64,000 nt of DNA from IMG/VR virus record IMGVR_UViG_3300046171_000182, positions 1 through 64,000 of that record, one strand, 5' to 3'. This document shows, piece after piece, positions 57,014 to 64,000 of this stretch. The position numbers and the translations under genes were made by a program. How positions within the stretch are numbered: position 1 is the first letter of the stretch; each line of letters opens with the position of its first letter. Source of the stretch: a virus. The notes beneath the pieces were generated by a model, which made no database searches, was not told where the DNA came from, and saw only the letters and a list, made by a program, of their open reading frames with translations.

Positions 57014-57865
57014 ATGTTAAAAATTACAATTATAGGCCACGGTTTTGTTGGTAAAGCAATCGACTACGCATTTCAAGATGATGTAGAAAAACAAATTATA
57101 GATCCTAAGTATGACGTTCATTTACACGATGTAAGATTATCTTCTGATGTAACGTTTGTTTGCGTTCCAACGCCAATGCATAAAGATGGCCAATGCGATG
57201 TAAGTATTCTTCGAGATGTTTTACATAAAATTGCTCAACGAAGAAGTGGACTCATAGTTGTCAAATCTACAGTACCGCCTGATCAAATAGAAAATTTATT
57301 TCGTGGTTCTGCTAAACATAGAATGGTTTATAATCCAGAATTCTTGACAGAAAAAAATGCAAATGAAGATATTATAAATCCGTTCGTACATATTTTTGGT
57401 GGCGAGAACGAGGCTACTAAAAAGCTGGAAAGTTTTTATAAAGAATATAGTATATGTAAGCCATGTCCAATATCACATATGTCAGCAACAGATGCTAGCT
57501 TTGTAAAGTATGGAATCAATACTTTCCTAGCAACTAAGCTAACATTCTTTAATGAACTTTATGATACAATAAAAGACTTTGGAGGTAATTATGGTCGTAT
57601 CGCAAACGCAATTGGTACTGATCCAAGAATTGGGCACTCCCATACTCGTGTCCCTGGTTTTGACGGCAAGCGTGGTTTTGGCGGTGCTTGTTTTCCAAAA
57701 GATGTTTCCGCCTTCGTAAACTTTACAACTCATACTCCTTTACTAGAATATGTTATGAATCGTAACAATCAATATCGATCCGAGTATGAAAAAGACGAAA
57801 GAGAAATAGCACAGAACATAGAGTATAATATGACTGGTGAAATAGCACACGTGAATGAACGATGA
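57014..57865 (+). CDS. UDP-glucose/GDP-mannose dehydrogenase family (short form)
   Basis: IIGHGFVG, CVPTP, KSTVPP, NPEFL, KY..NTFLA.K, GFGGACFPKD. Confidence 0.9.
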   Translation: MLKITIIGHGFVGKAIDYAFQDDVEKQIIDPKYDVHLHDVRLSSDVTFVCVPTPMHKDGQCDVSILRDVLHKIAQRRSGLIVVKSTVPPDQIENLFRGSAKHRMVYNPEFLTEKNANEDIINPFVHIFGGENEATKKLESFYKEYSICKPCPISHMSATDASFVKYGINTFLATKLTFFNELYDTIKDFGGNYGRIANAIGTDPRIGHSHTRVPGFDGKRGFGGACFPKDVSAFVNFTTHTPLLEYVMNRNNQYRSEYEKDEREIAQNIEYNMTGEIAHVNER

Positions 57866-58794
57866 AAATATTCATAACAGGAATATCAGGGTTTATCGGA
57901 TTCCATTTAGCTAGAGAGCTTAAAGCTTACGGCCATGATATCTTGGGTTGTGATAATTACAACGGCATGTATAATCCATCTCTAAAAATATCTCGATACA
58001 GGATTCTAGAGATGTCAGAGATTCCTGTTAAAAATGCTGATATATGCTCGTTGACTCAATCAGAGGTTGAAGACTGCGATGTTATTGTACACTTAGCGGC
58101 GTGGGCTGGTGTTAGACATTCATTGGAAATGCAAAATGTTTATACAAAAAATAATATAATTGGTACACAAAACATTATAGATATTGCTGAGACGCTAAAC
58201 ATTCCTGTGGTTTATGCTTCTTCATCAAGTGTGTACGCTGGTCAAAATCCACCATTCATGGAAGATATGAATTTTACACATCATCTAAATCCTTATGCTT
58301 GGAGTAAATATGTTAATGAATGTCAATTCAAACACAGTAATGTACCTTCGTCAATCGGCTTTAGATTTTTTACAGTGTATGGTCCTTATGGACGGCCTGA
58401 CATGGCACTTCATGGATTTACGAACAAGATTATAAAAGATGAACCAATAGAAGTTTTTGGTCACGGTGATATGTCACGTGATTTTACATATGTACAAGAC
58501 ATCGTAAATGGTGTACAATTGTTAATAGATAAAGTTTCTAAAATAGATGATCATCAAATCTATAATATTGGTAGTGGCGAATCAGTTCCGCTTATGAGTT
58601 TTGTAAGACTCATAGAAGAAAATCTAGATCGCAAAGCAAAGATTAATTATGTTGATATACATCCAGCGGATATTCGACATACTTTAGCTGATATAACAGA
58701 AATAAAAAGATTAGGCTATCGGCCGATGACTTCTATAGAAACCGGTATTCGCAGCTTTATCAGTTGGTATAAAGATTATTATAAAAAAAATTAG
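57862..58794 (+). CDS. NAD-dependent nucleotide-sugar epimerase (UDP-glucuronate 4-epimerase-like)
   Basis: TGISGFIG, HLAAWAGVRHS, ASSSSVY, YAWSK, RFFTVYGPYGRPDMA. Confidence 0.9.
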   Translation: MKIFITGISGFIGFHLARELKAYGHDILGCDNYNGMYNPSLKISRYRILEMSEIPVKNADICSLTQSEVEDCDVIVHLAAWAGVRHSLEMQNVYTKNNIIGTQNIIDIAETLNIPVVYASSSSVYAGQNPPFMEDMNFTHHLNPYAWSKYVNECQFKHSNVPSSIGFRFFTVYGPYGRPDMALHGFTNKIIKDEPIEVFGHGDMSRDFTYVQDIVNGVQLLIDKVSKIDDHQIYNIGSGESVPLMSFVRLIEENLDRKAKINYVDIHPADIRHTLADITEIKRLGYRPMTSIETGIRSFISWYKDYYKKN

Positions 58795-58803
58795 GAGACG
58801 CAT

Positions 58804-59850
58804 ATGTCAGTAATGGACAAACTCAAAAAGAACTCTAAGTTAAAAAACACGGAGGTTCTTTCTGAGTCAAAATTCTTTAATGAAAAAGATATGACTCCGA
58901 CCGATTCGCCAATGATTAACGTGGCGTTATCGGGATCGGTAGATGGAGGTTTAGCCTCTGGCCTTACTGTTCTTGCAGGCCCGTCAAAACATTTTAAGAC
59001 TTCCTTTGCTTTGATTATGGCTGCAGCCTATTTGAAAAAGCATAAAGACGCTGTTATGCTATTTTATGATTCAGAGTTTGGCTCTCCTCAGGCATACTTC
59101 GAGCAATTTGAAGTTGATACTTCTCGAGTTCTTCATACACCAATTACAAATGTAGAAGAACTAAAATTTGATATGATTGGTCAATTGGAAGCGTTAGACC
59201 GAGGTGATAAAGTAATTGTTGTTATTGATTCTATCGGTAACCTTGCTTCAAAGAAAGAGATGGAAGACGCTCTAAATGAAAAATCAGTTGCTGATATGTC
59301 AAGAGCGAAGGCACTAAAAGGTCTATTCCGTATGGCAACACCTTATCTTGCCATGAAGAATATTCCTATGCTAGCAGTCAATCACACATATCAAGAGATC
59401 GGTTTGTTCCCTAAAGCTATCGTCTCTGGCGGTACTGGCATTTATTATTCAGCTGATAATATCTGGATCCTTGGTCGCCAGCAGGATAAGAAAGGTACAG
59501 AGATCCAAGGGTATCATTTTGTAATCAATGTAGAGAAATCACGTTATGTTAAAGAAAAGTCTAAGATTCCTATTACTGTTTCCTGGGACGGTGGTGTTCG
59601 CGGTTACTCTGGGCTTCTTGACGTGGCTCTTGCTGGTGGGTACGTCACTAAGCCTTCAAATGGCTGGTATGCAACGGTTGATATGGAAAGTGGTGAAGTT
59701 GGCCCAAAGGTGCGGCATGATACAACTTTAGAAAAAGAGTTTTGGGATCCTATTTTTGCTGAGACTAATTTTAAAGAGTTTATTAAAAAACAATATACGA
59801 TTGGGCACAGAGAACAAGTATCTATGGATGAGATTGTAGAGGAAGCATGA
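58804..59850 (+). CDS. uvsX: RecA-like recombinase UvsX
   Basis: AGPSKHFKT, YDSEFG, DSIGNLAS, DMSRAK, SGGTG. Confidence 0.96.
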   Translation: MSVMDKLKKNSKLKNTEVLSESKFFNEKDMTPTDSPMINVALSGSVDGGLASGLTVLAGPSKHFKTSFALIMAAAYLKKHKDAVMLFYDSEFGSPQAYFEQFEVDTSRVLHTPITNVEELKFDMIGQLEALDRGDKVIVVIDSIGNLASKKEMEDALNEKSVADMSRAKALKGLFRMATPYLAMKNIPMLAVNHTYQEIGLFPKAIVSGGTGIYYSADNIWILGRQQDKKGTEIQGYHFVINVEKSRYVKEKSKIPITVSWDGGVRGYSGLLDVALAGGYVTKPSNGWYATVDMESGEVGPKVRHDTTLEKEFWDPIFAETNFKEFIKKQYTIGHREQVSMDEIVEEA

Positions 59851-60152
59851 TAGATGTAAATAAACTTTCTGAGGGTATTGACTATAAGTTAATACCTGCT
59901 CCGGATAACGAACAAGCTTGGAACATAAGGGTCTTAACTGGTCCTTATATTGAGACAGTTGTACAGTTTGGCGCCATTTCTATTAATGGTCCAGAAGAAG
60001 CAATTAATTTTAATTTTACTATTATTGAAAGTCCTGATGATTTATTAACGGTTGAAGATAAGCACTTTCAAGAGTTTTGTGGATTAGTCTTACATGATGT
60101 CATTGAAATGGCTATAAGTAAAGACGAATTAATCATGAAAGATAAAAAATGA
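59847..60152 (+). CDS. Hypothetical protein in the gp40 position
   Basis: Between uvsX and gp41, as for T4 gp40. Confidence 0.5.
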   Translation: MIDVNKLSEGIDYKLIPAPDNEQAWNIRVLTGPYIETVVQFGAISINGPEEAINFNFTIIESPDDLLTVEDKHFQEFCGLVLHDVIEMAISKDELIMKDKK

Positions 60153-60571
60153 GAATATTAATTATGGGTTTGCCTGGATCTGGTAAAACTCATTTAGCTG
60201 TAAGATTACAGGGCCTTTTAAAAAATTGTGCATGGTACAATGCTGATGCTATTCGTAAGATGGCTGACGATTGGGACTTTACCGAATCAGGTAGACATAG
60301 ACAAGCAGAACGAATGAATACACTAGCCAACTTTGAAGGTGTTCGAGGTCGTACAGTCATATGTGACTTTGTATGTCCAACAATTGAAACTAGAAAATTG
60401 TTTGATCATGATATTATGATTTGGATGAATACTATAGAGCAAGGCAGATTTAAAGACACAAATAAGCTGTTTCAAAATCCTGATAATGCTACATATACGG
60501 TTAAGGGATTTCAGTCAGACGAAGAAATACAAAATTTTGCAATACAATTAGGGAGTGCATATGGCATTTGA
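60149..60571 (+). CDS. Adenylylsulfate-kinase-like P-loop kinase
   Basis: MGLPGSGKT, NADAIR, DWDFT..GR.RQ, FVCP. Confidence 0.8.
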   Translation: MRILIMGLPGSGKTHLAVRLQGLLKNCAWYNADAIRKMADDWDFTESGRHRQAERMNTLANFEGVRGRTVICDFVCPTIETRKLFDHDIMIWMNTIEQGRFKDTNKLFQNPDNATYTVKGFQSDEEIQNFAIQLGSAYGI

Positions 60572-60975
60572 TTGGAAAAAACCAACGGCGCAAATGCTGG
60601 GGCGATGGCAACCATGGCATAAAGGCCATACCACATTATTCAAGAAAGCATTAGAACAAACTGGCCAAGTTGCTATTATGGTTCGTGATGTTGGTGGAAT
60701 TATTGGTCAAGATGCTGGCGGTGGTCGTACCGCAAAGCAAGATGATAACCCATTTGATTTTAATTTTGTTTCTGCACAAATTATTCTTAATTTGCAAAAT
60801 GAAGGATTTACAATAAACGATGAGTATGTTATAATGGAAGGTACCAAACATTGTTGACATTAGTTATGGTCGTGGTGTTGGGTATACATTTACAGAGCAC
60901 GATCTTGGAGAAGAGATTCATAAGATTAGTGCTACCAATATCCGTAAAAACATGCGAGAAAGTGGAATGCTTTGA
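60561..60975 (+). CDS. HxGH nucleotidyltransferase; apparent extra G at 60840-60841
   Basis: GRWQPWHKGH, DNPF; continues in a shifted frame as VPNIVDISYGRGVGY...ISATNIR. Confidence 0.75.
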
Positions 60976-62339
60976 ACACAAACATTGAACAGACTATATT
61001 GCGAAACCTTCTGGTGGATGATAAATTCATGCGGAAGGTTTTGCCTTTTATAAAGAATGAATATTTTGAAGGTGTCTATCGCCAACTGTTTAAACAAGTC
61101 GGACTATATGTTCAGAAATATAATAAACTACCAACACAAGAATCTTTTAAAATTGAATTAGATGATGCTGATAATTTTAACGATGAGCAATATCGCCATG
61201 CCGTAGAAATCCTACCTGAGATATTTAAGACAGAAGAAATTGATAATGAATGGCTGATTGACAAGACTGAGAAGTGGTGTCAAGATAGAGCATTACATAA
61301 TGCTGTAATGGAATCTATCAGTATTATAGATGGTAAACATCAAAGTCTTTCAAAGAATGCGTTACCAGAGATCCTCTCTGATGCTCTGGCAGTCAACTTT
61401 GACGCAAATATCGGTCATGACTATCTTGGTAACTTTAATGCTCGATATGAGTTTTATCATAAAGAGGAAGAACGTGTAGCATTTGATTTAGAATATTTTA
61501 ATAAAATTACAAAAGGCGGTTTGCCAAATAAGACTTTAAACATTTGCCTTGCCGGTACGGGTGTCGGTAAATCGTTGTTTATGTGTCACCAAGCTTCGGC
61601 TGCTCTTACAGATCAAAAGAATGTTCTTTACATTACAATGGAAATGGCAGAAGAACGTATCGCAGAGCGTATTGATGCCAACCTTCTTAATATTCCAATC
61701 GATCAACTAGATAAACTTTCAAGAGATATGTTCTCGCAGAAAGTATCTCAGCTTGCTAAACAAACAAACGGTCGATTAATTGTAAAAGAATATCCTACTG
61801 GCTCTGCACACTCTGGTCACTTCCGTGCATTACTTAACGAACTAAAACTAAAAAAGAAATTTGTGCCAGATATTATCTTCATTGATTATCTTAATATCTG
61901 TGCATCTTCACGTATGAAAGCAATGGGAGGATCAATCAATTCCTATACGTACATTAAAGCAATTGCTGAAGAGCTACGTGGTCTTGCGGTCGAGTTTGAC
62001 GTACCGGTCGTCTCTGCAACGCAAACGACTCGTAGTGGTTATTCTAACTCAGATATTGGGCTTGAAGATACGTCCGAGTCTTTTGGATTACCCGCAACCG
62101 CCGACTTAATGTTTGCACTTATCTCTTCTGAAGAGCTTGAGAAAGAAGGCAAGATTATGGTCAAGCAATTAAAGAATAGATATAACGATCCAACTTATAA
62201 AAAGAAATTTGTAGTAGGCGTCGATAGATCTAAGATGAGATTGTACGACGTTGATGAAACTAGTCAGACTCTTAGTGATGATACTCCGGTCTTTGATCGG
62301 GCAGAAATGAACAAGCGATTTGAGGACTTTAAACTTTGA
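60972..62339 (+). CDS. gp41: Replicative helicase gp41
   Basis: LAGTGVGKSL, ITMEMAEE, KEYPT, DYLNI, SESFGLPATAD, KQLKNRY. Confidence 0.96.
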   Translation: MNTNIEQTILRNLLVDDKFMRKVLPFIKNEYFEGVYRQLFKQVGLYVQKYNKLPTQESFKIELDDADNFNDEQYRHAVEILPEIFKTEEIDNEWLIDKTEKWCQDRALHNAVMESISIIDGKHQSLSKNALPEILSDALAVNFDANIGHDYLGNFNARYEFYHKEEERVAFDLEYFNKITKGGLPNKTLNICLAGTGVGKSLFMCHQASAALTDQKNVLYITMEMAEERIAERIDANLLNIPIDQLDKLSRDMFSQKVSQLAKQTNGRLIVKEYPTGSAHSGHFRALLNELKLKKKFVPDIIFIDYLNICASSRMKAMGGSINSYTYIKAIAEELRGLAVEFDVPVVSATQTTRSGYSNSDIGLEDTSESFGLPATADLMFALISSEELEKEGKIMVKQLKNRYNDPTYKKKFVVGVDRSKMRLYDVDETSQTLSDDTPVFDRAEMNKRFEDFKL

Positions 62340-62989
62340 AGGTAAGATTAATTGGTTACACTCAACCACCAGAAGATATCGTCGGTCTCGACGATCTACA
62401 AGACATCGTCGCGTATTGTGCCCGTGTCTCCAACCCATCCAACCAAATCAACTCAGAGACATCGGGAAAACTCCTCGACTACCTCATCAAGCACAAACAC
62501 TGGTCACCGTTCGAAATGTGCTCGGCCACGCTCGAAGTCGAAACGACAAGAGATATTGCGAGACAGTTCCTCAGGCACAGGTCGTTTTCCTTTCAAGAGT
62601 TTAGCCAGCGTTATGCTGATATTCGTTCTTTTAATAATTCTTTTGTGATACGTGAGGCAAGACTTCAAGACGAAAAGAATCGGCAAAATAGCGTAGCTAA
62701 TACAGATAAGAAGCTTTCTATGGAATGGGACGCTAAACAAAATAAAGTAATAAAAGAAGCTAAAGCTGCTTATAATTGGGCAATAGAAAATGGAATCGCA
62801 AAAGAACAAGCAAGAGCAGTGTTGCCAGAAGGTAACACCGTTAGTAAGCTCTATGTTAATGGCACCATTCGTAGCTGGATACATTATATCGAGCTCCGTT
62901 CTGCAAATGGGACACAACTTGAACATATGGAATTGGCAAGAGAAGTCGGACAAACAATAGCAAAGATTTTTCCATATTTTGCAGAGTGA
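62336..62989 (+). CDS. thyX: Flavin-dependent thymidylate synthase
   Basis: HWSPFE, RHRSFSFQEFSQRY, ARAVLP, TQLEH. Confidence 0.95.
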   Translation: MKVRLIGYTQPPEDIVGLDDLQDIVAYCARVSNPSNQINSETSGKLLDYLIKHKHWSPFEMCSATLEVETTRDIARQFLRHRSFSFQEFSQRYADIRSFNNSFVIREARLQDEKNRQNSVANTDKKLSMEWDAKQNKVIKEAKAAYNWAIENGIAKEQARAVLPEGNTVSKLYVNGTIRSWIHYIELRSANGTQLEHMELAREVGQTIAKIFPYFAE

Positions 62990-63027
62990 CAATTATGTTA
63001 CACATAACCGCTGAGACAAAATAACTG

Positions 63028-63056
63028 TGTACATTTGTTTTTTTATGTGGTAAGAT
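63028..63056 (+). promoter_or_regulatory. Promoter TGTACA-N17-TAAGAT
   Basis: Motif variant with TG extension in intergenic region. Confidence 0.6.
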
Positions 63057-63084
63057 AGTATCATATAAAAAATGAGGCAGTACA

Positions 63085-63573
63085 ATGAAAAAGTTAATAT
63101 CAGCAGTATTAATCAATACCGTTATAGCAACATCAGTTGCGTACGCAGGTATTGACGTTGTTAAGAAGAAGCAACAAGCAGAGAACCTAGAATGTTTGGC
63201 TTTAAATATTTACTTTGAGACTTCAGCTCGCAGTTTAGCAGATTCTATGGCTGTAACAGATGTTGTTTTAAATAGAGTTGAGAGTACACGTTATCCGGAT
63301 AATATTTGTGACGTTGTACAGCAAGGATATAAAAAAGGTAGTCGCTATTGTCAGTTTAGCTGGTATTGTGACGGCAAATCAGACACACCTCATAATGATG
63401 AGGTATGGGAAAAGTCACGTAAGTTTGCACGTGATATGTTATTCATACGCCAGTTTCGTGGTATTACTGAAGGCGCAACACATTATCATGCGACGTATAG
63501 TAAACCATTCTGGTCAAAGAAACTTAACCGTATTGCTCGTATCGGAGCACACATTTTTTACTGGGAGAAGTAA
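63085..63573 (+). CDS. SleB/Hydrolase_2 cell-wall hydrolase with signal peptide
   Basis: CLALNIYFE, VVLNRV, CQFSWYCDG, GATHYHA.Y..P.W, IGAHIFY. Confidence 0.9.
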   Translation: MKKLISAVLINTVIATSVAYAGIDVVKKKQQAENLECLALNIYFETSARSLADSMAVTDVVLNRVESTRYPDNICDVVQQGYKKGSRYCQFSWYCDGKSDTPHNDEVWEKSRKFARDMLFIRQFRGITEGATHYHATYSKPFWSKKLNRIARIGAHIFYWEK

Positions 63574-63962
63574 TGAAAGATATGACTATGGCAGCTGACA
63601 CTCTAACTATGAATAGCGGAATGGACGGAATGGATACTATTGTTACAATAGATGATATTACATTTGGTGAAACAACATTAAATCACGTTGATTATAAGTT
63701 CGGTGAGAATAAATACTTACGAGAGCTAAAGGAGTATATTGATTCAACTTATCAAGGACACTATGCTACAAATAAATTTCAGTCGACTGAAGTTATTATT
63801 GCTAGAGGTCATGGTACAGGTTTCTGTATGGGCAATGTTGATAAGTATGCTAATCGCTACGGTAAAAAAGGTACTAGGGAGGATGCACGTAAGGATCTTC
63901 TAAAAGTTATCCATTACGCATTATTACAATTACATGTACACGATAGTGAAGAGGAAGAATAG
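63573..63962 (+). CDS. DUF3310-like protein
   Basis: TY.GHY, GFCMGNVDKYA.RYGKK, DLLKVIHY. Confidence 0.75.
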   Translation: MKDMTMAADTLTMNSGMDGMDTIVTIDDITFGETTLNHVDYKFGENKYLRELKEYIDSTYQGHYATNKFQSTEVIIARGHGTGFCMGNVDKYANRYGKKGTREDARKDLLKVIHYALLQLHVHDSEEEE

Positions 63963-64000
63963 ATACGTAGCATATGACGATAAAGGTTATGTGATAATTA

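Noticed and set aside
1-64000. tRNA/rRNA genes, introns, inteins, integrase, transposase, stop-codon reassignment
   Set aside because: Intergenic gaps are short with no cloverleaf seen; core genes are of normal length and uninterrupted under the standard code

Overview
This window is a 64-kb, AT-rich segment of a T4-like myovirus genome, almost entirely on the + strand. The host is probably a marine alphaproteobacterium rather than a cyanobacterium, inferred from hemO-pcyX, DUF1127, pseudoazurin, an aa3 oxidase subunit IV-like ORF, a ROSE-like element and the absence of photosystem genes. Layout: 1-17 kb tail/fibre genes interrupted by a glycosyltransferase/methyltransferase block; heme oxygenase + bilin reductase; an inverted cupin-carbamoyltransferase pair; gp13-gp23 and gp3; uvsY, uvsW, gp55, gp47, gp46, gp45, gp44, gp62 and regA; a small stress/respiration gene cluster; gp43 and a PrimPol-like primase; a nucleotide/sugar modification island (49.7-58.8 kb); uvsX, gp41, thyX and a cell-wall hydrolase. 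Best candidates for undescribed biology: (1) a cytosine hypermodification pathway combining a T4 gp42-type dCMP hydroxymethylase, a protein that looks like a beta-glucosyltransferase acceptor domain fused to an SGNH domain, a PLP enzyme and an amino acid:DNA transferase-like protein; (2) strong Asp-Ser dipeptide enrichment in virion proteins next to phage glycosyltransferases, suggesting sequon-directed virion glycosylation; (3) single-gene cassettes flanked by duplications of the stop/start junction; (4) a ROSE-like RNA thermometer on phage hsp20; (5) an orphan antisense promoter pointing at uvsW. Four genes carry small indels that are most likely sequencing errors. All assignments come from motif recognition and synteny by eye; no searches were run.
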